From assembly GCA_963713825.1 (NCBI GenBank), contig CAVQNG010000003.1:1152001-1216000 (forward strand): 64,000 nt of DNA, given 5' to 3'. Below are positions 9,556 through 19,912 of the stretch, piece after piece. The notes beneath the pieces are model-generated. The model had not been told where the DNA came from. It made no database searches and saw nothing but the letters and a program-made list of their open reading frames with translations. Positions within the stretch are counted from its first letter, which is position 1, and each line of letters opens with the position of its first letter. The DNA comes from an uncultured Acidobacteriota bacterium. GTDB lineage: Bacteria; Acidobacteriota; Thermoanaerobaculia; Multivoradales; JAHEKO01. The translations under genes were made by a program, and so were the position numbers.

Positions 9556-9735
9556 CCGGAAATACGGTGAGAAATACGGTGACACGAAACTCATTTCCGG
9601 ACGACTGCCCACTTCCCCCCGCCTCCGTGTTGGAATCCCGTGCGGGCTATCATATAACTTCAATAGAATCAGGAACTTGCAGGGATCGAGACACCCCAAA
9701 ATGGGCGGGGGCCTCGCCGCATCCATATGGTGTCC
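9556..9735. repeat. REP/MITE-like non-coding element
   Basis: Tandem gaaatacggtga x2 (9559-9582) inside inverted repeat ccggaaat/atttccgg (9556-9600); related atatggtgtcc at 9725-9735. Confidence 0.35.
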
Positions 9736-10277
9736 ACATCCCGTAGTTGAGAACGTCTGTTCCCGCGAGCCGGGAGCGGCGAGAATCTCGCAGATACCTT
9801 CCGCCCACACGAGGTCTACCGAGCCGGGGCGATAAGGTCACCCGCGATCCCGAAGAGCGGCGAGCCAAGATCAGCTAGACGGAACAAGCCTTAGGCCGGT
9901 TGTGGTCAGAGCGCGAGAACCTCGGTGCCATCCCGAGGGCAGTGAGACGAGTTGAGACCTTCTTGCCGGCTAGAATCTTTTACGGGTAGCCGAGAGGATC
10001 AGCTGAGGAGGTGCGAAGGGCAGTTCCTGGATTTCAGGAGTGGTTCCGGCCACTTTTGAACCCACTTCCCGATGGAGAGGTCGATCGACTTTCCGATGTC
10101 TCTGCGTCAATCACGGCGGAGCTGAGCGCCCCCCGTTACTTGCCCGATTGAGGACTCTAGGGATCTGGAGTACCAGGCTGCATCGGAAGTTCCACCTGGA
10201 GCGACTGGACGTGCTCGCTCAGGATCTCGCCCATTGACCATCGCACCCAGAAGTGGCCTGCCGTTGCCTTGGTGAGC

Positions 10278-10790
10278 GGCGTTGGTGCATGAATCGGCGT
10301 TGGCCCCTGCGCTAGCATCGGCTCGGGATCCCGACCCATCATGGAGGTCGAGGGGGCTATGCCATGGCCGCACGGAAGTCGAGCCGAGTCAACCGCAAGT
10401 ACAAGACGAAGTACAGAATCCGGAACTGGAAAGAGTACGAACGCGGCCTCAGGAGCCGCGGCGATGTCACGATCTGGCTGAACGAGGAGGCGATCGCCGC
10501 TTGGACACCGCCGAAGACCGGTCTCCGCGGAAGCCAGCGACGCTACTCGAATCTCGCAATCTTGACCGCGTTGGCGCAGCGGGAAGCTGCTCTTCAGAGG
10601 ATTCGCAAGGTCGGCCGAAGAGAATGGCAGAAGGAGTCGGGATAGCGATAGCAGGCGCGCGCTGAGAACACTTTCTACCGATACAAATCAGCGCTCGGAG
10701 GCGGCCGGAGGGCGAGGAGAGGCACAGCGCAGACGAAAGAGGACAGGATCGGGTGTCACATCCTCAATCGGCTGGCCGAGCTCGGCAGAG
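10278..10790 (+). mobile_element. IS5 family (IS903 group) remnant: left IR plus internally deleted transposase
   Basis: GGCGTTGGTGCATGAATC (10278-10295) resembles the IS903 IR; 'KYRIRNWKEYERGLRSRGDVTIW' joined directly to C-terminal 'ARAENTFYRYK...ILNRLAELG' with internal stops; no right IR seen. Confidence 0.8.
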
Positions 10791-10884
10791 GTGACGGGTG
10801 CTTCTCGAGCAGAACTGCGAGGTCGCTCGAGCGAAGGCCGAATCGCGTGACGGCAAGTAGCGTCAGTTCGACTCGGTCCTTGGG

Positions 10885-12522
10885 TCAGGCCGGGAGGCCT
10901 GCTGCGCGCAGGCCATCGACCAGGTCGTCGATGAGGGGGTCGATCTTGAGCGCCCGCCGCATTAGCTCTCCGGCGCGGGCCGCGAGGTCCGGTTTCTGCT
11001 TCATGGCCGCCGCGATGTGGGGTTGTGCCTCGTCGGTGCGACCGAGCCTGCCGAGCATGGCGGCCGTCATGGCGGCGTCCCAGTAGACGAGGAACGGCTT
11101 GTGCTTTCGGGTTTCGACCAGGGCCTGCTCGTACTCGCCACGCACCATGAGGTCGATGATCTCGCCCGCCCGGAACCAGGAGGGATGACACGGGCTCGCG
11201 GCGATCGCCCGGTCGAGCAGGGCGAGCCCGCGCTCGCGCTCGCCACGCAGCACGTGCATGTACCCGATCGCTCCGACCGTGTAGGGCGAGTTGGGGTTCA
11301 GCGCGAGGGCCGTCTCGGATTCCCCGAGGAAGCTGTCGGAGTCGTCCGCCAGGTAGCTCGCGTAGGCGAGGATCAACCGGCCGAGCTGCGACCCCGGCTC
11401 GAGGAACACGCCCCTGCGGGCGAACTCGAGGGCGGTTGTCAGCGCATTCTCGGAGCCGGTGGTGTCGAAGGACCACATCTGGCAATGGAGCGTCGCCAGG
11501 GCGGACCACACGGGACCGTACTCCGGCTCGCGCTCGGAGGCCGCCCGGAGGGCGTTGAAGCAGGCCTCGATCGAGTCCGACGATGGCGCGATCTGGTGAC
11601 TGTAGTACCGCAGCATCGCCTCGTAGGTCCGAAGATCGGCCGGCGCCTTCTTCCTCGACTCGGCCGACAGTCGCCGGGAGATGATCCCGAACTCGCTGGC
11701 GACGGCTGCGGCCACGCCGTTGGCGATCTGCTCCTGGGTGGCGATGAGGTGGCTCGCCTCGAGCGGGTGCGTTGACGCGTCGGCCCAGATCTGGCGGCCG
11801 TCGGCCGTATCGGTCAGCTGGGCGGAGACCTTGACGACTTCGGCGTCGCGCCGGACCGCGCCTCGCAGGATGAAGCGCGCGCCCACACGCCGTGCCGCCT
11901 CGACAGGATCCGTCGGGAACCCGGGTGGCTGTTGAGCCATCTGGCAGGTGATGACCGCGATGTCCTGGAAGCGGGTCAGGTCGGTGGCCAGTTCCTCGGT
12001 CAGCCCGACGGTCAGGACTAGCTGCTCGGAGTCACCGGTCAGGTTTTCGAACGGCAGCACGGCCAGGGACGGCCCACTGGCCACGCCAGTATTGCCGGCC
12101 GCGGTGCTTGGTAGCCGCGAGCCCTGTTCGTCGGGTGTCTCCGATCGAAGCGAGAACCGCGGGATGTAGCGTCCTTTCGGGATGTCGATCTGGATCGGGT
12201 CGCGGACGCCGCCGACCAGGTAGTAGCGCTCGAGGGCCCGGCGGAGACGACCCGCCTGGATGCGGACGATGGGATCGTTGGCGGCATCGAAGTCCTCGCC
12301 TCGTCCGAAGACGTTCACCGCGATCGTGTAGCCCTTGAGCCGATGCGACCGGCCGGCGAGCTTCTCCTCGACGACGAAACGCAGGAAGTCGCGCATCTTG
12401 TCAGTGGCGTGGAACTCCGGGCTCGCGAGGATCCGATCGAGCTGGGCCCGGACCTCCGTGTGGGGAAGGCCGCTTCGCGAATCCACCGTCGTCTCGTGTT
12501 CCTTCGAGCCCAGACCATCCAT
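10885..12522 (-). CDS. TolB-like/TPR sensor-regulator with N-terminal putative DNA-binding domain
   Basis: 'LKGYTIAVNVFGR...DPIVRIQAGRLRRALERYY', 'PSLAVLPFENL', TPR-like helices; start at MDGLG inferred. Confidence 0.8.
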   Translation of the reverse strand: MDGLGSKEHETTVDSRSGLPHTEVRAQLDRILASPEFHATDKMRDFLRFVVEEKLAGRSHRLKGYTIAVNVFGRGEDFDAANDPIVRIQAGRLRRALERYYLVGGVRDPIQIDIPKGRYIPRFSLRSETPDEQGSRLPSTAAGNTGVASGPSLAVLPFENLTGDSEQLVLTVGLTEELATDLTRFQDIAVITCQMAQQPPGFPTDPVEAARRVGARFILRGAVRRDAEVVKVSAQLTDTADGRQIWADASTHPLEASHLIATQEQIANGVAAAVASEFGIISRRLSAESRKKAPADLRTYEAMLRYYSHQIAPSSDSIEACFNALRAASEREPEYGPVWSALATLHCQMWSFDTTGSENALTTALEFARRGVFLEPGSQLGRLILAYASYLADDSDSFLGESETALALNPNSPYTVGAIGYMHVLRGERERGLALLDRAIAASPCHPSWFRAGEIIDLMVRGEYEQALVETRKHKPFLVYWDAAMTAAMLGRLGRTDEAQPHIAAAMKQKPDLAARAGELMRRALKIDPLIDDLVDGLRAAGLPA

Positions 12523-12704
12523 GTATTTATTCTCGCTCTTCCCGCGGAAGATTGCCGGATCCCGAGACGATACCAGGATGTAGGCTACATTCCGACCTCG
12601 TAGCACCCTACCGACAAACCTCCGGCGGCTCCATACTCATCGAAGACGATCGAGCGGCGTGCAGTGAGGATGCGACGTAGGGCAATCGTCGGGATGAGAG
12701 GCTC

Positions 12705-13007
12705 ATGTTCCCCGCGCAGGACACACCGGAACTCATCGCGAGCGCCTTTCCCGGTCGCGAGGCACTCATCGACCGCGCCTACCGGGAGAGCGGCTCGTTT
12801 CGCGACCTCTGCCGAGACTACCGGAGCTGTGCTCAGGCGCTCGAGCGATGGCGTCGGATGAACGGTGACAAGCCGTTATCGCGGGCGCGGGAGTACGTCG
12901 AGCTGCTGAGCCAGCTGGGCGGAGAGATCGGAGCTTGCCTCGAGGCCATGGAGAGCGTTTCGGGCCCACGGAGGGGATTGTCGGTGACACGCACTCACGA
13001 CAGCTGA
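12705..13007 (+). CDS. Hypothetical protein
   Basis: 100-aa ORF 'FP.....I.R......FRDLCRDY', 19 bp upstream of the next gene. Confidence 0.6.
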   Translation: MFPAQDTPELIASAFPGREALIDRAYRESGSFRDLCRDYRSCAQALERWRRMNGDKPLSRAREYVELLSQLGGEIGACLEAMESVSGPRRGLSVTRTHDS

Positions 13008-13026
13008 ATCGAAAGGGAGGAGAACG

Positions 13027-14463
13027 ATGCACCACAGACCATTTTCCACAATCGCCTTCGCGGTGATGATCGGCGCGCTTCTAGCGTGCGGTCCGACCGG
13101 TCCGGCCGCGGTCGCGCCGGAGGAGGCCCAGGCCTTCGCCAGGGAGGCCTACGTCTACGGCTACCCGATGGTGATGAACTACAAGACGCTCTACAACTAC
13201 GTGATCGACACTTCAAACCCCGAGTACAAGGGGCCGTTCAACAAGGTGGCCTGCGAGGCGCGGCTGTTCACCCCGGAGGACCGGGCGGTGGTGACGCCCA
13301 ACGCCGACACCCCCTACTGCATGTTCTGGATGGATCTCCAGGCTGAACCGCTGGTGCTGACCGTACCCGAAATGGAGCCGGAAAGGTTCTACCACTTTCA
13401 GCTCATCGACTGGTATACCCACAATTTCGCTTACGTCGGGACGCTGAGCACCGGCAACGACGCCGGAACCTTCCTCATCGCCGGTCCGGGCTGGGATGGC
13501 GCGGCGCCGGAGGGCGTTGACGACGTGCTGCGCAGCGAGACGGACCTCGTGTTCATCGTCGTCCGGACCCAGCTCTTCGGCCCCGACGACCTGGCGAGGG
13601 TTGGAGAGATCCAGGCGGAGTACACACTCGAGCCGCTGAGCGGTTTCCTCGGCACGGATCCGCCGCCGGCGCCACCCATGCGCGAGTTCCCGGTGTGGGA
13701 CGAGGGCGCCCAGTTCGATGAGCGGTTCTTCGTCTTTCTCGACGTCGCCATGGACCTGTTGGGGAACCCGGCACCGGGACGGGAGGACCTTTGGGAGCGG
13801 CTGGGCCAGCTCGGACTCGGACCGGGACACGACTTCGACTTCGCGGCGCTGCCGCCCGAAATCCAGGACTCCATGAAGGCGGGCCGCGAGGCCGGGTTCG
13901 CGGACATGGAAGGGTTCATCGAGGCCTACTCGCAGGACCCGCTCACCGGCGGCCGGATCTACGGCACCCGCGAGTTCCTCGCCGACAGTGCGGCGACGAA
14001 ATACCAGCTCGAGAACGCCGACCTGCTGCGTACGGTGGCGACCCACCTCGGCCTGTACGGCAACTCGGCCGCCGAAGCTCTTTACCCCGCCTACTTCGTC
14101 GACGCCGACGGCAGCCCCCTGGACGCCTCGGCCAACCGCTACACCATGACCTTTGCCGAAGGCCAGCTGCCGCCGGCGAAGGCCTTCTGGTCGCTGACCA
14201 TGTACGACGGCCGGACCCAGCTCTTCATCGACAACCCTCTCGACCGATACCTTCTGAGCTCCTCGATGCTGGATCAGCTAAGGATGGGAGAGGACGGCTC
14301 ACTCACCCTGTACATCCAGAAGGAGTCGTCGGGAAAGAACCACGAAAGCAACTGGCTGCCGGCGCCCGACGGGCCGTTCTATCTGGTGATGCGCCTCTAC
14401 GGGCCCGAGGCGGTTGCGGTCGACGGGACCTGGACGCCGCCGCCGGTGGAACCAGCGGAGTGA
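13027..14463 (+). CDS. DUF1254/DUF1214 lipoprotein
   Basis: 'AYVYGYP', 'TPNADTPY', 'FWSLTMYD', 'NWLPAP...MRLYGP'; lipobox 'LLAC'. Confidence 0.9.
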   Translation: MHHRPFSTIAFAVMIGALLACGPTGPAAVAPEEAQAFAREAYVYGYPMVMNYKTLYNYVIDTSNPEYKGPFNKVACEARLFTPEDRAVVTPNADTPYCMFWMDLQAEPLVLTVPEMEPERFYHFQLIDWYTHNFAYVGTLSTGNDAGTFLIAGPGWDGAAPEGVDDVLRSETDLVFIVVRTQLFGPDDLARVGEIQAEYTLEPLSGFLGTDPPPAPPMREFPVWDEGAQFDERFFVFLDVAMDLLGNPAPGREDLWERLGQLGLGPGHDFDFAALPPEIQDSMKAGREAGFADMEGFIEAYSQDPLTGGRIYGTREFLADSAATKYQLENADLLRTVATHLGLYGNSAAEALYPAYFVDADGSPLDASANRYTMTFAEGQLPPAKAFWSLTMYDGRTQLFIDNPLDRYLLSSSMLDQLRMGEDGSLTLYIQKESSGKNHESNWLPAPDGPFYLVMRLYGPEAVAVDGTWTPPPVEPAE

Positions 14464-14506
14464 TCCCCCGACCGGGGTCTTTGATGAGCAAGAGAAGAGG
14501 AGAACC

Positions 14507-15451
14507 ATGATGATTTCCACGGCATCCACATCGCACTGGAAGAGCATTCTTGTTGTGTCTGTCGGTCTGTCACTGGCAGCGGTTTCGGCCTGTGCTCGAA
14601 GCGATACGGACACCACCGCAAAGGCCCAACCACAGCCGGTACCCGTCGAGGAAGCGATCCCTGGTGAGAGCCTCGGGATCGCGTCCGTGGTGAACCTTCG
14701 CGACCTGGGCGGCTACACCACGAGCGATGGCGCGACTGTGGCCAGGGGGCTCATCTATCGCTCCAATCAGCTCAGCGAGATCCCCGAGGTTGACATGGAG
14801 AAGCTCGCCACCCTCGGGCTCGAGGTCGATTACGACCTGCGTACCGCTGCCGAGCGCGACGCCCGCCCGGACGAGCTGCCGCCGGGAGTCGAGTACGTGG
14901 TGGTCGACGTGCTGGCCGACTCGCCACAAGCGGGTCCGGCAATGCTGGAGAACTTGATGCAGGATCCCCAGGCGGCCAACGCGGAGCTCGGCGGAGGCAA
15001 GGTGGAAGAGGAATTCCGGGAGTCCTACCGCGGGTTCGTCTCGCTCCCGAGCGCAAAGACCGAGTTCAGCAAGATGTTCCACGGTCTGGCCGATGAAGAG
15101 AAACTCCCGGCGCTCTTCCACTGCACCACCGGCAAGGACCGGACCGGATGGGCCGCCGCGGCCCTCCTGACCCTGCTCGGCGTGCCGGAAGATCAGGTCT
15201 ACCAAGACTACCTGCGGAGCAACGACAACATCCTGCCGGCCTACAAGCACGTGATCGACCCGTTCGTCGAAGCGGGCGGTGACCCGGAGATCACGGCGGC
15301 GATCCTGGGCGTGAAGCGGGAGTACCTCGAGGCCTCGTTCGACGAGATGGAAACGAACTACGGCACCATCGAAAACTACTTCGCCGAAGCTCTGGGCATC
15401 GACGCCGCGGGGCAACAGGTCATCCGCGATCTTTATCGTCAAACCCATTGA
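14507..15451 (+). CDS. Protein-tyrosine phosphatase family (PtpB/IphP-like), predicted lipoprotein
   Basis: P-loop 'FHCTTGKDRTG', 'NLRDLGGY', 'DYLRSN'; 'AVSAC' lipobox. Confidence 0.88.
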   Translation: MMISTASTSHWKSILVVSVGLSLAAVSACARSDTDTTAKAQPQPVPVEEAIPGESLGIASVVNLRDLGGYTTSDGATVARGLIYRSNQLSEIPEVDMEKLATLGLEVDYDLRTAAERDARPDELPPGVEYVVVDVLADSPQAGPAMLENLMQDPQAANAELGGGKVEEEFRESYRGFVSLPSAKTEFSKMFHGLADEEKLPALFHCTTGKDRTGWAAAALLTLLGVPEDQVYQDYLRSNDNILPAYKHVIDPFVEAGGDPEITAAILGVKREYLEASFDEMETNYGTIENYFAEALGIDAAGQQVIRDLYRQTH

Positions 15452-15558
15452 ACTCGGTCTCAATTGTCGGAGGTAGGCCCATGAATCAACGAATCGATCG
15501 ACAAACCATTCCTGGCGCACTGCTCGCAACGGCGGCTTCGGACCGGAAGGAACCCTCG

Positions 15559-16749
15559 ATGAGCCGGATTGGGTTGGTCGTCGTGGCGCTGTTGATCTCC
15601 TCGGCAAGCGTCTGCCTTCATGCCGAGGAGTGGGCGCCCTTCGAGGGCGCCGAGCAACTGCGCGACCTCGTCGCCGGCGCGACGGCAGAGATCGAGATGA
15701 AACCCGGTCACGTTGCGGTGGGCCAGTACCGTGCGGACGGGACCGCGACGATCACCGCCTGGGGCGAAACCTATGAGCGCACGTGGGAGGTCGTCGGCGA
15801 CGAGCGGGTGTGCTACTCCTCGCTCACCGAGACCAACTGTTACACCTTTGAAACCAGCGTCGACGTGCCGGGTGAGTACCGCGCGCAGCACGTCGAGACC
15901 GGAGAGATCAGGATCTTCCGCGTCACAGAAGCGGACTCGGAAGTGATCACCGCAGACACCGCGCCGGGAGGGGAGGGCGGTCTCGGTGCGCCGTCCGCGT
16001 CGGAGGTTGCTGCGGCGCTTTCCAACCCCAACACGACCATGGGCACGATGAACACCCTCTTCGATTTCGTCGCCTATGACGGCGACCTGCCGGACGCCGG
16101 CTCGCAAAGTGTGTTCCGGGCGACCTTCCAGCCGTCGCTACCCTACCCTTTGTCCGACACCACCAACCTGTTCGTGCGACCGCTGATCCCGATCATCTTC
16201 AGCCAGGATGTGCCGACCGCGGACGGTTTTGAGTCGGTGGGTGTCGACCTCGGCGACATCGGGTTCGACGTCTTCCTCGCCAAGAACCTCGCAGGCGGCT
16301 TCGTCGTCGGCGGCGGTGTGGTCGGAACCCTACCGACCGCGACCGACGACGCCCTCGGCCTCGACCAGTGGCTGCTGGGGCCCGAGGTGCTGGTGGCCAA
16401 GGTCCCCAAGTGGGGTGTGCTCGGTCTGCTGTTGACCCACCAGTGGGACGTCGCCGGCGGTGACGGCGATGGCACCAGCATCACCGGCGGCCAGTACTTC
16501 TACACCATCAACCTGAAGGATGGGTGGCAGATCAACGGCGCGCCGGTGTACTCCTACAACCACAACGCCTCGAGCGGCAACGCGTGGACCTTTCCGATCG
16601 CCGTCGGCGCCGCCAAGACGACCATGATCGGCGGCCGGCCGTGGAAGTTCAACCTCCAGTACTGGCACTATGTCGTCTCTCCAGACACCTTCGGGCCGGG
16701 GAACCAGATCAGGATGGGCATCTCGCCGGTGGTCGAGCTCCCATGGTGA
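15559..16749 (+). CDS. Exported protein with C-terminal putative outer-membrane beta-barrel
   Basis: Signal peptide, 'LSNP', 'FQPSLP', 'LGDI', 'LPTATDD.LG' and amphipathic aromatic-rich strands. Confidence 0.6.
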   Translation: MSRIGLVVVALLISSASVCLHAEEWAPFEGAEQLRDLVAGATAEIEMKPGHVAVGQYRADGTATITAWGETYERTWEVVGDERVCYSSLTETNCYTFETSVDVPGEYRAQHVETGEIRIFRVTEADSEVITADTAPGGEGGLGAPSASEVAAALSNPNTTMGTMNTLFDFVAYDGDLPDAGSQSVFRATFQPSLPYPLSDTTNLFVRPLIPIIFSQDVPTADGFESVGVDLGDIGFDVFLAKNLAGGFVVGGGVVGTLPTATDDALGLDQWLLGPEVLVAKVPKWGVLGLLLTHQWDVAGGDGDGTSITGGQYFYTINLKDGWQINGAPVYSYNHNASSGNAWTFPIAVGAAKTTMIGGRPWKFNLQYWHYVVSPDTFGPGNQIRMGISPVVELPW

Positions 16750-16969
16750 CCGGAACCGTCGACGGAGAGTGGATGACTCGATTTGAGAGCTGCCGATCCG
16801 CAGCGTGGCGGCTGGCGCTTCCGTTTGCAAGCGAACTTCGTGCTGCCGAAGTAGCGACCGGTGTCACGGGTATGAGTCCGCTGAAGGGAACCCTTGCGGG
16901 TCCGTTCTTCGCTTTGATGATGAATGAGATTGGCGTTGAGAAACGCAACTAGTGGATGAGGAGGAAGAG

Positions 16970-18460
16970 ATGCACAGCTATTTCAACGATACAACCAGGC
17001 GTCCTTGGATCATGCTGTCGGCGATGTGCCTATTCATCGCGTTCGCTTTGCCGGTGCAGGGCGAGACGCTCGATACGAGAATAGGAGAGCTCGAGTACGA
17101 GGCAGGCTATCCCACGCAGGAGACCGTCGAGAAGCTTTATGACGAGTTGGACTTCCAGCGCGCCGTTCAGGCCTATCTCTGGGCACTGCCGATGGCGTCG
17201 TACGGAGCCATGGCGGATGCCCACTGGGCACTGGGTGCCGACAGCCACACGGTGATCGTTGCCGACAAGCTGGCCGAGCCACGGCAGCTGGCCCTGACGG
17301 CCAACCAGGACACCGTCTACATGTCCGGCGTTCTTGACCTGCGTGAAGGGCCGATGGTGATGGAGCTTCCGCCGGGTCTGCTGGGGACGATGAACAACAT
17401 CTGGCAGCAACCTCTGGTCGACCTCGGCGGCCCCTTCTCGCCCGAACAGAACCGCGGGGGAAAGTTCCTGATTCTGCCGCCCGGGTATGACGGTCCCCTG
17501 CCCGAGGTCCATCACCACATCGCACGTTCCGACACCGACATCGTGGTGTTTTACCTTCGGGCCATTCCGAAAACGCGGGAAGACATCCCACAACTGGTCG
17601 AGCTGATCCACACCTATCGCCAGTACAAGCTCGAGGACGCCGCCAATCCGCCCGAGACCCGGTTCGTATCGCTGGCAGGCAAGGACGCCGACCTTTTGAC
17701 CAACGAGGGCTTTGCCTACTTTGAGACCCTGGCCCGTTACATCAATGAGAACCCGCCCCGCTCGCAGGACATGGCGATGCTCGGCATGCTGGAGTCGCTC
17801 GGCATCGCCCACGGGCAGCCCTTCGAGCCGGACGAGCGCATGACGGCCATTCTCACCGAGGCGGCCACCGTCGGGCGGGCGATGGCAGAAGCCCTTGCCT
17901 TTGCACCGAGAGTGCCCAGGGACGTCGTCTATGCATATCCCGGAGAACGCCGCTGGAAGAAGATCTTCTTCGCGGATCCCACTTTCCACGAACCGGAGTA
18001 CATGGCCATCGATCTTCGTACCAAGTACGCCTTCGAGGCGATCGGCACGGCGAAGTCCATGGTCGTGTCCGTGCCCGGCCAGGGCTCCCAGTACATCGGG
18101 GCGTACCAGGATGCCGACGGCAACTGGCTGACCGGGGACAACACCTACCGGATTCACCTGCCCATGGACGTGCCGGCCAACATGTTCTGGTCGCTGACGG
18201 TCTACGACAACGACACCCGTTCGATGATCCAGAACGAACACGGGCGGCCGCTGGTCGGCTCGGTGCATGGTGCCGTCGCCAACAAAGACGGCTCCTTTGA
18301 TCTCTACTTCGGTCCCAAGATGCCGGCAGATGTGCCGGAAGATAACTGGGTGCAGACAATGCCGGGCAAGGGATGGTTTACCTACCTGCGCCTCTATGGC
18401 CCGGAACTGCCGTATTTCGAGAAAACCTGGATTCCCGGTGATGCGGAGAAACTGGATTAA
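16970..18460 (+). CDS. DUF1254/DUF1214 protein
   Basis: 'DFQRAVQAYLWALP', 'LTANQDTVY', 'FWSLTVYD', 'LRLYGP'. Confidence 0.9.
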   Translation: MHSYFNDTTRRPWIMLSAMCLFIAFALPVQGETLDTRIGELEYEAGYPTQETVEKLYDELDFQRAVQAYLWALPMASYGAMADAHWALGADSHTVIVADKLAEPRQLALTANQDTVYMSGVLDLREGPMVMELPPGLLGTMNNIWQQPLVDLGGPFSPEQNRGGKFLILPPGYDGPLPEVHHHIARSDTDIVVFYLRAIPKTREDIPQLVELIHTYRQYKLEDAANPPETRFVSLAGKDADLLTNEGFAYFETLARYINENPPRSQDMAMLGMLESLGIAHGQPFEPDERMTAILTEAATVGRAMAEALAFAPRVPRDVVYAYPGERRWKKIFFADPTFHEPEYMAIDLRTKYAFEAIGTAKSMVVSVPGQGSQYIGAYQDADGNWLTGDNTYRIHLPMDVPANMFWSLTVYDNDTRSMIQNEHGRPLVGSVHGAVANKDGSFDLYFGPKMPADVPEDNWVQTMPGKGWFTYLRLYGPELPYFEKTWIPGDAEKLD

Positions 18461-18480
18461 ACACTGTCGGAGGGCATCGA

Positions 18481-18585
18481 ACCGTGCCGAACAAGGGCTT
18501 CGGCGTGATCCTTCGGCTCTACGGTCCACTCGAACCCTGGTTCGACAAGACCTGGAAACCAGGCGACTTCGAGCTGGTGGAATAA
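18481..18585 (+). pseudogene. Orphan C-terminal fragment of another DUF1214 gene
   Basis: TVPNKGFGVILRLYGPLEPWFDKTWKPGDFELVE*, homologous to the end of the upstream gene, in a different frame. Confidence 0.8.
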
Positions 18586-18675
18586 GCGAGGAGAGATGAC
18601 GCCGCAGCGGTCACTACGCTGCGACGAACGATACGACCAACTCAGGAATGGACTCCAGATTCAAAGGAGAGAATC

Positions 18676-19677
18676 ATGAAGACACTAGCCACAACAATGC
18701 TGCTGGTCGCCCTCGTGGCGCCTGCCATGGCCGAGGACGTGACGGTCGACAACTACGTTCGGGCCGAGTCCGACCATATGATCCGCGCCAACATGAACAC
18801 CTTCGGCGTGGAGGTCGGCAAGCTGACCCATGTCCGCGAGCCCATCACGCCGGACAACCAGCCCGTCATCCGCATGAACCAGGACACGCTGTATTCGGCG
18901 GCCACTCTGGATGTCTCGAAACCGGTGGAGCTCACCCTGCCGGAGGCGGACGGGCGCTACATGTCCATGCACGTGGTGAACCAGGATCACTACATGTTCG
19001 TGGAATCGGATCCGGGGACCTACGAGCTCACCGAGGACTCCGTGGGCACGCGCTTTGCGTGGGTGGCGATTCGGACCTTTGCCGACCCCACCGATCCCGC
19101 CGACGTGGCAAAGGCCCACGCCGCGCAGGATGCGATCAAGATCAACGGCGGCGGCGATGGGCCGTTCGAGACCCCGGACTGGGACACCGAGGACCTCGCC
19201 GTGGCGCGCAAGGCCCTCAACGACCTCGCCGTGCTCGGCTTCGATGCATCCTACGCGTTCGGCCGCAAGGAAGATGTCCGCCCGATTGACTTCCTCGTCG
19301 GAGCGGCAGCCGGCTGGGGTGGGCTGCCGCGGACGGCAGCCATGTACGTGGTCGACAGCGTGAACAAAAACGACGGCGATACCCCGCACGCGATCACGGT
19401 GAAGGACGTGCCGGTGGATGCCTTCTGGTCGGTCACGGTCTACAACGCCGACGGCTATCTCGAAGACAACGATCGGGGCGTCAACAGCTACAACAACTTC
19501 TCGGCCGAGCCGAACGACGACGGTTCCCACACCCTCCATTTCGGCGGCTGCGACGACGGACGCGTCAACTGCATCCCCATCTCACCCGGCTGGAACTACG
19601 CGATCCGCATGTACGAGCCGGGTCCCGAGATCCTCGACGGGTCATGGCGCTTTCCGGCGCCGCAAGCGGTCGACTGA
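18676..19677 (+). CDS. DUF1254/DUF1214 protein (short type)
   Basis: 'IRMNQDTLYS', 'GWGGLP', 'FWSVTVYN', 'GWNYAIRMY'; signal peptide; RBS aaggag. Confidence 0.9.
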   Translation: MKTLATTMLLVALVAPAMAEDVTVDNYVRAESDHMIRANMNTFGVEVGKLTHVREPITPDNQPVIRMNQDTLYSAATLDVSKPVELTLPEADGRYMSMHVVNQDHYMFVESDPGTYELTEDSVGTRFAWVAIRTFADPTDPADVAKAHAAQDAIKINGGGDGPFETPDWDTEDLAVARKALNDLAVLGFDASYAFGRKEDVRPIDFLVGAAAGWGGLPRTAAMYVVDSVNKNDGDTPHAITVKDVPVDAFWSVTVYNADGYLEDNDRGVNSYNNFSAEPNDDGSHTLHFGGCDDGRVNCIPISPGWNYAIRMYEPGPEILDGSWRFPAPQAVD

Positions 19678-19912
19678 GAGAGGAATCCGATGGCGTGATT
19701 CAAGAGCTCGTCTCGGCAGGGTAGATTCCACCAATATCGGTGCCACCCATTAGAAGGTGTTTGTCAATCAGAGGCTAGTGTCTTGCTTTTCACCGCGCCG
19801 CGATCAGTGTGAGCTGAAAGATCCCTGACCGATTCTGCAGGTTTGGAATCCGGTATCAAGACTCCAATATCTCAATCATGCGCCAGTGGCGATCGAGTAC
19901 TATAGATGCCCG

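Noticed and set aside
10037-10062. Possible IS3-like terminal sequence ggagtggttccggccacttttgaacc
   Set aside because: Lacks the terminal TG, a partner repeat and any IS3 transposase
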